This document shows positions 14,775 to 30,826 of a stretch of 64,000 nucleotides of DNA, piece after piece; position 1 is the stretch's first letter, and every line of letters begins with the position of its first letter. The translations under genes and the position numbers were made by a program. Location of the stretch: the NCBI RefSeq assembly GCF_009914755.1, contig NC_060926.1. The stretch is one strand, 5' to 3'. A model generated the notes under the pieces. It saw only the letters and a program-made list of their open reading frames with translations, did no database searches and was not told where the DNA came from. This DNA comes from the human T2T-CHM13v2.0 reference genome, Homo sapiens.

Positions 14775-16090
14775 ATTATCCATTCAACAAATACTTATTG
14801 AGCCTGGCTAGCTTCTGCCAGGGTCTAGATGCTAGCAATACAACAGTGAACAAAACTAACAAAATCTTTGCTTTTATAGAACTTAAATTTTAGTACATAA
14901 AAAAGATAATAAGCAAGTAAACAAATATGAATATTGTTTGGCAGTGATAAATTCTATGAAAGTGAGTAACGTATAGGAGTAATGAGGATGAGGGCTTATC
15001 TTTAGAGAGAGTAATCTAATTCAGAATGTATTTACAAAGTTATAAACAAAGGGTTTGAGAAAAAGAGTGCAGTGAAGGATGAATCCAATGTTTTGGCTTA
15101 AACAATTAGGTGAATTTGGAAACCTTGCCAAGATGGAAAACTGAAGAAAGAGCATTATTAAGATAGAAAATCAAAAGTTCATAGAGTTTGATATTTCTGT
15201 TAAATATCCAAATGGAGATATTGAATATATAATTGGATCTGTGAGTCTAGAGCCGTCATAACTGGTGATAAAAACTGGGGAGTCTCAGTCTCTTTATATT
15301 TTTTAATGCCATGGCAGAGGGTAAGTTTTTAAGGCCATGATACAGGATGAAACATCCTAGGAAATCAATAAAAAGATGTCTAAAGGACTGAACGCTGAAT
15401 CATGCCAAAAGTATTGGCAAAATGAAGATAATAAAGCAAAGTAAACTGAGAAAAAATGCCCAGTAAGGCAAGAGCAAAATTTCAAGATTGTGCTGCTTTA
15501 AAAGGTAAAGCCTTCAAGGAGACAGTTGTCAGTTGTGTGCTTAAGACCGATAGTCAACTAATTAGGCAATGGGAGGTCACTGAAGACCTTGGCAATAGAT
15601 GTGACTGATAAGAATAATGTAAGATTCATTGAAGGCGATTAAAGAGCAGAGCAAAGGAAAGTGGAAAAGGAACAACACTCTGAGTTTTTCTATGCAGGAA
15701 AAAGAAAAATGGAGAAGTAGCTGGACAGGAAAATAGGTTTAAAGGAAGTTGTTTTGCATCATCTTTACAACTTGCTTGTATGCTGATGTGAATGACCTAA
15801 GAGAAAAGAAAATACCAGTGATTAAAGAAATAAAGAAGACAATTATATGAGTCTAATCCTCGAACAGGTGAGAGAAGATAGGATCTGTATATATTTGCAG
15901 GATTGGCCTTTGATAGGAGAAAAGTTAGTTTTCTAATTCAAATAAGAGGAAGATGGAGCGATTAGTTCTAGATTCAAATAGACTAGTAGAGGTAATGGAG
16001 TTTGGGTGAGAAAATTCTCTTTTAATTGCTTCTATTTTCTCAAGGAAATATGAAATAAGATCGTCACCTCACAATAAGGAGAAGGGAGGT
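14775..16090 (-). mobile_element. L2 LINE relic
   Basis: Begins cattcaacaaatacttattgagc (reverse complement of the L2 3' end), followed by purine-rich L2-like sequence. Confidence 0.65.
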
Positions 16091-19000
16091 AGATATATGA
16101 AACTCATTATCTAGTGATGGGAAAAAGTAAAGGTCATTTAATATATTTCACTGTTGTCTGACAAGGATTTAAATATAAAATTTATAAGTAAGATCACAAA
16201 TTTCTACTTTGCTATTATAAAGAGAGATTAAGTACTCTAAGTACTCAATCATTCTGATGTATCAAACTTCTAGCTACTTTATCAGCTATGTTCTTTGTAA
16301 CTTGATGTTCTAAATATCCAAAGAGTACTAAGATATAATTTAATAATTTGGTGGGGATTATCTTTTGTGGGAGTCATCGACAGAGGCTGTGTGAGTCCTA
16401 AAATAAATACACACATTTAAAAATGAAATCAATGCAACAGGTTTTCTCTTCTCAAGACTAAAATGATTTTAGGCATCCTGATTAGGGGAAATATGTGGAA
16501 TATTAGTTATCTCTGTCAAAGGCAATTATGCTCTCCAGGGGAAGGAGTGCCCAAAGGGCATTCTCTAACTGCTTTTATTACCCCAGATTTTTTTTTCATT
16601 CCCTGTTGATTGCAATTGATACAGAGGATGCCTTGAAGTCTCTGAAAAATCAATTTTTTTTTCTTAAAAAAATGTCAAAATTATTCTGTCTACTCGGATT
16701 TTAAGGTTTTTTCCCTCCGAGGATTTCAATAGTGATATACTTTTATATTTTTCCCAGGTAAAGCAACAGAAAAATTATATACCTATGTACATTCTTGCCT
16801 CATCTATTTAACCATTTGTAATTTTTATAAATTTAAATGTGCTCCCTTTCTTTTTATTTTCATTAAAATATCCAATTTTAAGATAGAAAAAGAGTTAATT
16901 GTAGAGGGTGATATAATTTCTCTTACATTCTAAATTGAGGATTTAATCAATAATTTGATAGCTAGTCTACACAAAGTTATTAAAAAAACATGATAGAAAT
17001 TTCTGCCTATCTGTTGTGCCATTTATAAAAGCAAAGTTTATTGACTGTCACACCTAGAGCCCATAAATATGGCCACGTAATTTTTCATACTCAAACACGG
17101 AAGTTCTCAGCCAGATTGCAATAAAAATATGTTATGAAGAAAATGGAAGACATGCTTTTTTTCCATGTCTCATATTTTCTTAGACTAAGGGTAAATGAAA
17201 GGTGTCATGACACATAAAACACCATGGTTATGTCTCTGCTATCAATCTTGCAACTCTGTTTCTGGAAAGAAGATTAAAAATGTCAAAAACGGTGCTAGAC
17301 TGTGAAGATGATATCCCCTAGCATAAAAACAAAAACCAAAACCAACATAGAATATTCATGAGGAGATTTTGTACCCCAGCACTGACATACTCATTAACAG
17401 TGTTTGGAGAGGGAAAAAAAGTGTGTTGTATCATTTGGATAGTAAAAATTCCATCAGAAATCCTTGCCCTGTCCTGCCATGAAATGTGATTTCTAACTGA
17501 ATGATTGGCCAGAAAAGACGTAGAGTAAAAATACTCCATAAAATAAAGAAATATTTTAATGGCCAGGCTACCGGTCCGGGATTCCAAAGGCAGGCTGGGA
17601 AGCTTTAGAATTTCTGTAGTACAGAGGCTTATTCAGTATAGTGTGATTGCAGATAGGGAAGCTTGTTCTCCAGCTGTATTTTCACAGCAAGCACACAGCT
17701 TTTACTAGGATTGTATGTTTATTTGAGAGGGGAGTGGTCCTTGGTGGAGAGGACACACTTATGTAGATCATACAGTGCTTCTCAAACTACTGTTTGATGC
17801 CAATACTATACCAAAGCTAGAGTCAGCCCGGAGTAACAGGACAAAACTGGCCAAATTTTCTATTCACCTTTGAATCTCTTGCAGTCTTCTGACTCCTTTT
17901 ATTGATCCCCAACATCCCAGTACCCTCATTTCGCTTCCTGAATGTTCTAGAAATTGCTAAAGCATCCGGCAAACATTTGTCAAGCACATACTCTGCTTCA
18001 GGCATTGAGCTACTTTTTTGCTACTTTCTCTTTACCACAGTGTTCCTAATTTCATGCACGCATACGTGATAGTAAAGCACAATAAATCTGTCATTACTAT
18101 GCTGGTGCTGGTGACTAGGCTCACTCCTAGCCAATAGGTCTCACGCACTATCATGTCATCAAGTGCTATTTGAAGTTACGGCTCAATGAAATAATAACTT
18201 ATGCAGGAATTAGAATTTTTGACTATCTAAAAAATAATGTAAAAAAAAAAACCCTAAATGGTGAATCTTCATACATCAGTCATTCTACAAGAAGCCATTC
18301 TTAGCCACTGGTATACTGAAACAGATCTTATCCACTAGTCTCATAAGTTGTTAAAATTATTAAGACTTAATATGTTACCCTTCCTAAGAATAGATCTTAA
18401 TATGAGATGCTTTAATAAAAGGCCAGGGAATAGTATTTTAATAGCTGAATTTCAGGCATTACTCAGTGGCTGATAAGAAGGTGATACTATGTGGCAGAGA
18501 ATTCTTCCCCCACTACACAGACACCTGCCAATTCTCCCACAGGCAGAATCAGCCCTAGCAGCAAACCATGGGTAAATTCTCCGCCTCCCAAAAGAAAATT
18601 TTAAACTTATGTTAGTAGATGTTAAATCCCCCTAGAGTTTTAAAGTAAGAGCCATAGGAAGTTACATTTTGTTTATTTTTTTCTCTCTCTCTCTTTTCAA
18701 GAATCATAGCAGAGGAAACAGCAAATGATATGAAAACGTTCCCTGACCCCAACACTGTCTAGAAACATGCTTCCTTCAATTATACAGGGACTACAATTCC
18801 TGTTCTTACAACTAAGAGTCTCATTGCCTCAATAGTCTTCTGTTTGTTTTTTTCTCTAAATCAATGAACTGCAAATATAAGCTGTAATAGAATCCTGAAG
18901 TTTTTTAATAGGCTCTCTACTCTCACTGCTCCAATTACTCCGCGGCAAAGAGGTACACTCTCAAAGGGCACCATTCGATGCACTGACAATAGAGTGATGA

Positions 19001-19499
19001 TCATAAAATTAGTGTTTTTTATTTTACTATTGCTTCAGTGCAATCAGTAGAGCCCTAGGGGTTCAGGAGAATTTGTATGCTGGGATAAGTGCCTGCCTTC
19101 AGTGAGTGGTTAGGACACTGAAAAGTACAGTCCAATGAGTCTGAATTTATTAGGAGTAAAATTGCCAACAATTTGTAAGTTAAACACCATTGACTATTAT
19201 TTTTACTGTCACAAGTTCTACATGAGCCTGCTTTCAGCCCCAAGTTTTCACATTCAATACATATTTTTATATCAAATTCAATAAAATCAATTAAAAGAAA
19301 GTCAAATTTTAAAAATGTTTTTATTTTCATATTTGACAAGTCATTACTACAACTCTACTCTCAAAAAATATATCAAAATGTGCAAGAAGTTTTACTGGGT
19401 ACCTATACATGGTTATTTTTTATTTTTATTTATTATTATTTTTATTTTTTTTTTCATATGACAAGTTCTAACATTTAATTAGAAAAATAGCTAGCTTTT

Positions 19500-19806
19500 G
19501 TGTAGGTGTCGTGGCTCACATATGTGATCTCAGCACTTTGGTAGGGTATGGCAGGAGGATTGTTTGAGGCCAGGAGTTCAAGACCAGCCTGGGCAACAGA
19601 GAGAGATCCTGTGTGTACAAAAAATTTTTAAATTAGCTGGGCATGGTGGTTCGTGCCTGTGGTCTCAGATACTCAAAGGCTGAGGTAGAAAAATGGCTTA
19701 AGCCTAGAAGTTTGAGGCTGCAGTGAGCTATGATCATGCTACTGTACTCCAGCCTGAGCAATAGTGTGAGACTACATCTCTTAAAGAAAATAAATAAATA
19801 AATAAA
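19500..19806 (+). mobile_element. AluJ-type SINE
   Basis: Diverged Alu dimer with (TAAA)n tail; ctagctttt occurs on both flanks. Confidence 0.9.
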
Positions 19807-22224
19807 CATTAATTACTAGCTTTTAATGTGTGTTCTATCATAAAGTAACAAATGCTCTCATAAAAATTTGTAGTCTTGTATGTCTCCTATAAAAAACTAT
19901 TCAACTATGCATACTTAAATTAAAATTACTTTAAAAAATATGTTTCAGACTTTTCTTTTGGAAATTACTTTTTTGAAGATAAAAAACACATAGTATCAAG
20001 TATTAAATTGCACTAGATTACCATTGAAGTTCCTCCCAACTCTGAAACAATGTATTCTTTATTTCATTAGTCAGAGACAATCTTACTAAGCGTAGAAAGG
20101 AGAAAATTTGTCTGCATTACATGAATTAATAGGAATGAAAAGGCCTCCTGTCTAACATTAATCTCTTCCCCCATCTGCTGTAGTGTCTAAAATCTCCTCC
20201 CTTCAATACAATTATTTCTTAAAGATGCTCTTAAGGCTTATGAATTTTACTCGGGTTCAGGTATTATATTACAAAGGAGGAATAATCAATTAACTTAGAT
20301 TAATTTACCTAATTGCTATCTATTGTCTTGAAAATAAGACCCCACTGGCAAGCTTTGGGGTGAATAGTAGGGAAGAGATCATGATATTGTTCTATGTTGC
20401 ACTAGTTCAGCACCTTTAGAGGCAGCTTCCCAGCTGATTAACTCTGCCTCTCTCTGCCGTCACATAAAGGGCTATTTCTCAGGAACTTTTAATTCATCTA
20501 TCATCTTGTACTGTCTTTGCAAAATCATATTCTTGGTCTAGTTCTAGCTTTCCATTGCATCACTTTGGCTTGATATTTTTATAGTATCCTTTCTTTCTAA
20601 AGCCTGGAGATCTTTTCCACATATCCATTGTCTTGGGCTAGGCCATTCGGGCCTTCCCTTGTTTTCCACACTACCCAGCTGCTGAGAGCCCTGGAACTCT
20701 GGCTTGTCGTGGAGGGAAAGTTAGGTTCTGGAGTCCAGTAGGGTAGAATTGTAAGGAAAAGAAGAGAAAAGAGAGGCCAATCTCAGCAGCCAGGCAACTG
20801 AAAGAAGGACTGGCAGAGACTTAAGATGAACCTGGCTCAATTTATAATGCTTGTTTCTAGCACTTGTCAGATATAGCCACATTACTGTATAACAAAACTA
20901 CCTTAAAAATTTTAAACCTGATTGCACTAACTGGAATTACATATAACTGAAGCCAAAAGTATCCTCTGGTTCACTTCCCATAAATATGAGAAAACTAAAG
21001 CTAAACAGGCAGTTTTTCTCTTAAATTGTACAAATACATTGGTTCAAATATCCATGTGACCTTTAGAACTTGCCAGTGTTTGTTATAGACTTATGCTCAT
21101 TCTAGCAACTCATTTTCCTTAAACTATAAACCACAACAACATTCCCATGGTAACTGCGTATTTTTCAAATTTTGTAAGCTCACAATGTCATCAAGCAAAA
21201 GACCTAGAGGTGAAGAGATTTATGTATTCCATTATCAATTCTAGAGTCATCAAACTTCCTTGATGTAGTAGGACATTATCATGTTCCATCTTTTTCTGGT
21301 TGCATTCTATTATTGTAAGATAACCTACCTATGTAGAAAAAGAGGACGTGCTTCCTTTATAGGGTCTATTACATTACACTCTCTGTGTAGCACTAGTGTG
21401 TGGCTCAATAGAAACAGCAAATAACAAGCCTTCCACTTCTATAGTTCATCAATATTTTACATCAGAACTCTGAGTGGTGGCAAAAAGGAAAACATAACCT
21501 GACCTAATTTTTCTCAAGGATTGCCTTATTTCAAATAGGACTTCATAAATCAAGTCAGTAATTCAAAGAAGTAAACTAAGAAGTAAAAGAGTGTTTAGCT
21601 GTTGTTGATATTTTGTAGATACATATGTTTTCTAAATAATTAACCACACTATCTCTGGGAAATCATTGAAATCATAACATGAGGTCATGTGTAAAGAGAA
21701 ACAACTGAAGCTTGCTTAGCTAGTCTAGTCTTTTGCCCAGTGTGGTTTCAGAGAAGAAATTTCATGCTTAATTTACCACTTTCTAATAAGGGAGGGTGAG
21801 GGCACCCATTAATTCATCAATACATCATAATTTGAAAATGCCTGATATGAAACTACCTTTGGAGGAAGTTAGAAGAAGCCAGATGGAATATTCTGTATAG
21901 TATTTCCTTATGTTATTTTCAAGCTAATTCACTCCACAAAATAATTAGCATTATCTTATTGTGACTAGTGAATCTCAAAGCTATTTCATTAGCCAATCAA
22001 CAATACTTACTGATTGTTTTCTTACTCAGTAGGCTGAAAACTGTGTAGAAACTACAGGGTTTATTTGCAGGTTAGCAGTAAAAGGCAGTTTTGAAACATG
22101 AAATGTAAGCACTTAAGAGTGGAGCACTCATTTTAGTAATTTTAATTAGCAAGACAAGTTTATTCTCTCTTTCCTTTTCCTTTTTTCCATCCTGCCCTCC
22201 TTTCTTCCTTCTTCCTCTTTTTTC

Positions 22225-23422
<1,198 letters not shown>

Positions 23423-23524
23423 TCAAAGTCCATATTTCTGCTATACCACATCTCTAATGAAAAAGAATTGTAAAAAGGAAACAAGTAATTCTGGAAAGAC
23501 AAAAAATAAATGGTCATAACTTAC

Positions 23525-23653
23525 CAATTTTAGCCTTGCAAGATCTGTTGTCTGGCTGCATTAGGTAGCCTTCCACACAACTGCAAGTGTAGGATCCATG
23601 TGTGTTTCTGCAGGTCTGGCTGCATGTACCATAAACAGCACATTCATCTTGAT
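23525..23653 (-). CDS. LRP1B: LRP1B internal coding exon (probably exon 5), calcium-binding EGF-like repeat; 129 nt, phase 1-1
   Basis: Acceptor ttttcctttttAG|ATCAA at 23654/23653 and donor ATTG|GTAAGT at 23525/23524. Translates (D)[42 protein letters not shown], a cbEGF consensus (DxDEC...CxNTxGSYxC). Splices in frame with both neighbouring exons. Absent from the ORF track. Confidence 0.96.
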
Positions 23654-24198
23654 CTAAAAAGGAAAATTGGCATCATTTCTAAGCAGCTTTATCTTGGGCA
23701 CTTTTTTTTCTCCTTGAAGAAAATATTATTTTTGAACTTCGGAAATAGACTATTAAGGAAAAGCCAATTCCAATAAGTCTTTTCAAAACCACACTAACTA
23801 AAAATTAAAATTATTGCTGCCTTAATATTTACAGAGATAAAACATCAAACAATATCAAATCATGTATTTTAAAAGAAGATTATTTGCATTTGTGATAGTC
23901 AGGCTAGAAGTCTTTGGATATTTTTGCAAAGGTACAAAATGCACTCCAATTAATATTTGTTGAATATTTCCAGTGTTTATGACACTGACTTTTTCACTGT
24001 TTTAACAAAGAATTCGACTAGTAACATGGTTTTCAATCAACAGATTAAATAAGAGTTCTGAGCCACACTATGCAAATCACACTCACTACTTTAAAGAGAG
24101 GAAACTATTAAGCACACCTATTGAAAAATAAAGATTTTGTCTTAAATAAATTTCATTTTAATATCTGTAGTCCTCTACAGATATTAAATTAAATTAGA

Positions 24199-24386
24199 TT
24201 GCTAATTAGAAACTTCCTGTAATAGGCTGGGCACTGCGGCTCATGCCTGTAATCCCAGCACTTTGGGAGGCCTTGGTGGGTGAATCACCTGAGGCCAGGA
24301 GTTTGAGACCAGCCTGGCCAACATGGTGAGACCCTGTCTCTACTAAAAATGCAAAAATTAGCCAGGCACGATGGTGTGTGCCTGTA
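24199..24386 (+). repeat. 188-bp direct duplicate of 22956-23143 (26 bp of non-Alu flank plus the 5' part of the Alu)
   Basis: Both copies begin ttgctaattagaaacttcctgYaataggctgggcactgcggctc and end gtgtgtgcctgta; 6 mismatches counted by eye. Confidence 0.93.
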
Positions 24387-24539
24387 CCCCTTCATTCTAT
24401 TCCTCTACCCCTTCATTCTGTTTTCTCTATATACTTCCTTCCTCTGGTATCCAGTTCAAATCTTTATGAACAACAGATACTCAATGATTCTTAACTGACC
24501 AAACAAAAAGGCATCCTGTCAGTAGTTAGTTATTTAGAC

Positions 24540-25610
24540 AAAGGTATATTCAGCCTGTTTTATGTACGAAGCACTGTACTGATCCCTGCAGAAGACAAAA
24601 TCAATAAAATATGGTCCCTACCCCTGAGTAAGACGAGTCTAGAGAAATATAATTATGATACTATACATTTCCTTATAATAGGGGTATACTCGAGTTATGA
24701 TAGAAACAGGGAAGTCAAACTGCTTAGGATTAGAAGGGGAATCTTAAGTGAAGACTTCGTATTAAACAGTGTGAAGCGTGATCTGGCTTTCCTCAGACTA
24801 AGCAGAAAGGGACATTTCAGTTCATCAAAATGGCATGCGAACGGTATTGGGATGGCATCATGGGGATTTCAAAGAAGAAGCATAAGGAGTCAAATGAAGC
24901 AAGGGTGTGTGAAGGAAAGCGGCAGAAGAGATGAAACTGGGAAAGTACTTTGGGAGCCAGATAATGAAGATATTTGTATGCTGAACTAAAAGACTGTACA
25001 TTACACATTGGCATTGGGAAAGCATTAATTAGATGGGCTACATGGTCAGCTTTGCATTTTAAAACTAAAAACACTCATATGAAATAAAGGCTTTGGTAAA
25101 TGTGGAGAAAGGATCCTAGAAAATTAGATATGTGCTAATTTTATCCAAGAAATTGTCTTTTGAAGTTATATTTTGAACTAAGTCAGTGGCAGTGGAAATG
25201 AAGAGGAAATAGACTCAAATGTGTAAGAAGTAGAATAGACAACATTTGAAAAATGATTGGATGTGACAGAAGTGAAAATTGATTGAATTTTGAAATAGAG
25301 GATGTAAGAAGTATAGATTTGAATGGCTCTATCATGGGAGGAGATAACGAATTTGATTTCACTGTGTTAAATTTGAGGTGTCTGTAGGGCAGCCTTGAGT
25401 AAATGTGTAATGATAAGCAATTGAAAAATGGAACTGTTAATATAGGGTGAGATCTGTTCTAGAGTATATGGAAGTCAATAGCATATATATAATAGATTTT
25501 AAAAATAGGAGAGGGATATTTCTCACAGAGGAAGAGGAGATGAGAAAAACTTAGCTAGTGCAAAATACTCTAGGATACCAAAGTGGAAAGGGCAGTCAAG
25601 AAAGAGGAAT
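24540..25610 (-). mobile_element. L2 LINE relic(s)
   Basis: L2-like motifs (tatggtccctacccctgag; tgattggatgtg; aatttgaggtgtctgtagggcagcc). Confidence 0.55.
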
Positions 25611-25612
25611 CA

Positions 25613-25935
25613 GGGTGGGACGCAGTGGCTCAGGCCTGTATTCCTAGCACTTTGGTAGGCCAAGGCGGGCAGATTACTTGAGGCCAGAAGTTTGCGATCA
25701 GCATGGCCAACATGGCGAAGCCCTTTCTCCACTAAAAATACAAAAATTAGCCAGGCATGGTGGTGTACACTTGTTGTCCCAGCTACTCAGGCAGCTGAGG
25801 CATGAGAATTGCTTGAACCTAGGAGGTGGAGGTTGCAGTGAGTCGAGATTGCACACTGCACTCCAGCCTGGGTGATAAGGCTCTGTCTCAAAATAAAATA
25901 AAAATAATAATAATAAAACAGAAAGAAAGAAAGAA
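25613..25935 (+). mobile_element. AluS-type SINE
   Basis: Alu dimer with (TAAAA)/(TAA)/(GAAA) tail; gaaagagga on both flanks. Confidence 0.9.
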
Positions 25936-26400
25936 AGAGGAGTCCTACAGTCGCCTGTGAAGGAAAATTCATGACTACTGTAAGAAAAAAATAAGAAATG
26001 AGAGCTCTTCTGGGATATCAGAATGTTCAAAAGGGTTATATGCAATGCATGAATCCAATAAGATAAAGATTAAAATTCCCATTTAGATTCAGTAATTAGG
26101 ACATTATTGTACTGATGTTGATGTAATGTAGGGAAAGAAGGGGACATAGTCACAAATGGAAGACTGATCTTAAATGGAACTTGCTTTTTACTGAGTCCTT
26201 AAATGGGATAAAATACACAAACTTAGACCTATTAACAGAGTTTTGTCCTCATGACTTGGGAATGATGACGGAAGATAATTTGGGACTCCTGTAAATAATT
26301 CTGGAGAAAGGGGGTGAGAAAAAAAGAAACAGAAAAATGAAGAGGGGAGCAAAAGATAACAGGATGGATTGAAGCTGTGGTATTAAGTGGGTTAAACTGA

Positions 26401-27152
26401 TGTGACATAATTAAAATATATCTTTGGCCTTTGTTCACAGTGCTTGGCACAGAGCTCCTAAAATACTTGGAATTTTTTGAGTAATAGGATTGTCTTTTGG
26501 TGTTCATAAAGAGCTCCTCTAGAATACACCCGAGCCTATGCTAATGAGGTGACTCAGGGTGGGGCCCCTAGGTAGACTCAGACTGGGGGCTGGTCATGAA
26601 AATACCAAACAGTGGATTAGAGTGTGGAAACTTTCAGCCCCATCTCCTGACCTCCAGTGAGAAGAAAGGGGACTGGGGGTTGGGCTAAAAAAAAACTCTT
26701 GAACAAACAGGCTTGGAGAGCTTCCATTTTGGTGAAGACATTGAGCCCCTGGGAGGATAAGGTGCCTAGAGAGGGCATAGAAGCTTCCCTCTCCCACCTT
26801 CCCGTTCCTTGCCCTATGCATCACTTCCATTTGGCTGTTGCATCCTTTATAATAAACTAACAAACAGAAGGAAAATATTTCCTTGAGTTCTGTGAGTTGT
26901 TATAGTGAATGACTACATCTGAGGAGAGGGCTGTAGGAATGCTCACATTTATAACTGGTTGGTTCAGAGGTATAGGTGAGTCCTGGAACTTGCATCTGGT
27001 ACCTGAGTCTTGCAGTACTAGGTCCTTAACCCATGCAGTCTACGCTACCTCTGGATAATGTCAGAATTGGGTTGAATTGAACTGTTGGACACCCAGTTAG
27101 TATTAGAGAATTAGATAATTTATGTGGAAAAATACCACCCAATTGTTATCAG
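26401..27152 (+). mobile_element. MER21-like solo LTR
   Basis: Starts TGTGA and contains ggcacagagctcctaaaa...tatgctaatgaggtgactc...ggctggtca. AATAAA at 26831. Confidence 0.75.
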
Positions 27153-28176
27153 AGTGATATGACAATAAAGAAACCTCAACTGGCATGTTAAAAAATCCCC
27201 AGCGGAGGGGTAACATAAGGGTTTCAATACAGGGATGTCTAAAATTACATTTGAAATTATTTGTGTGTTGTGATATAAAACATTTTCCTACTAAGTCTTC
27301 AGTAAAACTTACTACATATACAAATTGTCTTGTTTGCATGGATTTTATAATTGTGGAAACTCAAGGAAAAGAGCTGAGTTTTACTTCTGGGTTGAGGGGT
27401 ATGGGGTGGAGAAAATCCATATATAATCTCAAAATGATACATAAATAGGAAGATGGAGTTTGGAGTCAAGATCATAAAGAATACAGAAGCTCTGAAAAAC
27501 TGCAGATATGCTGAGAAGCCTCTAACAGTCCTTTGAAAATAAAAGTGAGTGTTTTAACCAGTCTTAACTAGACTTTAAGGGAAAAGAGATATTTAAAGTT
27601 CTTTATGAAAATTATAGGATGAGAAACCAGATAGCAGTAAATGGAGGAATGAAGTGAAAATAAGATAATTGGGAAAGTAAATGTAGTTGATTGTTAAAGT
27701 TTGTGGATAATAAAGGAGGAGGGGATGGGAATGATGGCTATAGGAAGAGATAGGATATAAAGTGGATATTTGTTGTGAGTATTTCCAGTTTTGTTTTTGT
27801 TTTCTTTCAGAATAAAACAAATGTGAGAATATTTATTGACTACAGTGATAGCCAGCGGAAATGTAGTGCTTAAAGATATATAAGAAAGAGGTAGAAATTG
27901 ATAGACCAATGGACAAAGTTGAGACAAAAGTTTGGGTGAGTGGGACTTTAAATATGTATGAAAAAAGACTAGAAGAAGTAAAGTTCTTCTGAAATGACAG
28001 CAAAATAAGCATGGGTGGATATACAAGTAAATAGTGAGAAGAGAAAGAGTAATTTGAGGAAGTAACACAAGATGGCACCCGGAAAATAAAGGCAGTGACT
28101 ACAACAAAAGAGAATAGATTAAGAAAACATATTTTGAGAGAATAAGGAAGAAATTGAAAGGAATGGTCAAGGGCAC

Positions 28177-28617
28177 TGTAGCAGAAGCTGTCTGCTCATA
28201 TCCCTCAGATTGTTCATGTGTTTCTACAATCATAGGTATCTTTATCTGTGCCTGAGCATACTTCCAAACCCTTCTTCCTCTCCCACCAGTTTCCAGGAGG
28301 GTAAAGTCATCTCCAACACAAAAACAAAAACAAATTTGCTCTTCAGAAATGGGTGTATAAATGCCTGAGTTCCCTTGTCTCTCATGCTAGAGAGCTGTGC
28401 CACACACTTAAGCTTCAGTCACCCTTTGTTGTAGCTGGCTTAATTGCTCCAACTATGGGGTTGCCTTTCTCCTGTATCCTCTCACCCCCACCACCCCCCA
28501 CCCCCTAAAAAAAAAAAGGAAAGAAAAGAAAAAGAGAAAGCTACAATGGCAAATAAAGGAAAACATTCAGTGAATCCTTGTTTCAGAGTTGACTTCTGCG
28601 AATATCCAAGCTAAGAA
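28177..28617 (+). mobile_element. LTR16-like (ERVL) solo LTR
   Basis: Starts TGTAGCAG, TATA-like gtgtataaatg, and ends aataaa...aatccttgtttcagagttgacttctg...ccaagctaaga. Confidence 0.65.
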
Positions 28618-30826
28618 AAGAGCTTACCATGAGAAAGCAAAAATATTGCTGAGTAGCATAAGACAATTTAAATTGTGAAACTCTGCATTTGTAAGGCATT
28701 CATAAACTCAGGTTTCTTCAGAGTCACATAACAGCCAGCAATCATGGATGGCTCATTTGAAGTAAATGCTTTTGGTGATAGAAAAAATACAGCGTTTGGA
28801 GCTAAGTCTACAGTAATACTGAATGAAATTAAGGCTTGCATTTGGTAAAGTCTGTCCCTGATGGCAGTAATAATTCTTATCTATTTTCACAGATTTTTCA
28901 ACTTTAATATTATTGGTTTCTATTTCAGTTTTTTGGATATGATTATGCTGTTCAGGAGAGCAATATGATCAATTATCTCTTTTCTTCTTTCTACTTAACC
29001 AGAATGCACTGAGGTGGAACTCCACACCATTGACTACAAAGGAATAGGCATACCATCACTTGCAATGCTGCCTTCTTTTCTCCTTTAAAGAGAGAGGGCT
29101 ACCTGGAAATACAGTTTTGAGAAAGCCTAATGATGCTCAGACTTGGCTCTCAAGGAGTATAGAGAAAGTACAAAGATCTCCTCTCCCACTGTGACTTCTA
29201 AAATGATTGCTGTGCAATTCTTCACTAACGTTCCACAGAAGAAATTAATTACTGTTGTGTTTGTTTTTACGTGCTTAATTAAACACATAAAAGCAATTAA
29301 TTAACACTCAGGAATCTACGTATTTAACTCAGCTCCACCCTTGAAAAAGGAACTGCAGAGCTTGATTACTACAGGAGTCAGGTGTAGTAAATGAGTGAGA
29401 AGAATGCAGAATAGGTATCTAAGCCAAACACGTACGAATGGCAAGGGCTGTTTGGAAGTGGAAAGAGCACGAATGTTCAATGGCATCATCCACGTCTGGC
29501 ACCATTTTTATCTGGCTGATTTCTGTGATTATGAGGCATCTACCGTTGCCCTTATTTTCCAGAACATCTGAACTTTTGAGTGCAATTTTCTGATTTTCAA
29601 ATGTTGTCTTAAAATGACATAATGACATGAGTCAAATAAATATGAGAGTTTGGCCTCCCTGTGGTCAGATTATGCAGTCTCTGGGTCTGATAAACACTTG
29701 ATAATAAATGTTTTTTTATAAAATTGGTATTATACACAAAGCAAACAACAAACTAAAATTCAATTCCCAAATGTAACTGAAAAGTCAATGAGCCTCTTCA
29801 GGATAAGACTAAGTGGGCTCTGCAGACATGAGTTTCAGTCCCAATTCTATTACTAAGAAGATGTGTGGACTTAAGTCAATGAACTATCAGGATCTCATTT
29901 TTGTCATTAAGATTTTAAACAATTATCTCATGAATTTTTTCAAATTTAAGATTCTAAGGTAAAAGTGATAATATTGGAGCAAAGATTTGAAGTAATCAGC
30001 AAAGCACTAATTTCTTTGGAAACTATTCTATTTATTAGTGACTCTGGCAATGCAGCAATCCCCTGAATACACACACACACACTCACACACGCGGAAGGAA
30101 AGAGAGAGGCAGAGAGAGAGAGACGTGCTATATTATAGATTAGAAATATTATATGTAGATATAGATATAGATAGATTCTAAGTATCATACAAAGCAATGC
30201 ATTTAACTTTGTGGATATGTTATATATACATATTAATATATGTATAATTGGAATCAAGTGAATGGAAAGGTAACCTAAAATTCTTCAGAATTCATGAAGG
30301 GAGTCATTTTGGAGGATAAATATTTGCTATAAAGCATTCACAAAAGCAAGAATCCAGACATTTAAAATAAATCAATATTTACGTTCATTATTACATTATT
30401 ATTGCTATGGTTAAAATGCCAGCTGCCAGAATAACCAATGCAAAAATTATAAAGAACATTACATGATTAGTAATTATTAACCTAACGTAGTTAATAACAC
30501 ATGTCTACTAGACTGCAGCTATATAACAGCCATACAACATATAGGAAGTTAAAATAATTAGATCAATGTGTTAGTGGTTAACCCAAACATTTCCGATTGT
30601 TGACATTTCCCAAGTTTGAAATTACTGCAAAAAAATTGAAATTTGAGAGTCATAAACTTATAATAATGTTTATGTTTTTGTTGGGGGGGCAACTTTTAAA
30701 TCTCAAGAAAGAAAAGTTAACATAAACACTGTAGAGCACATGGTAGGTGCTCAAAGATGTCTTCTTACATTTCTGTTAACTAAGCCTCTATAAACAAAAT
30801 TTGATGGCGTTATATGTTTTACTTAC

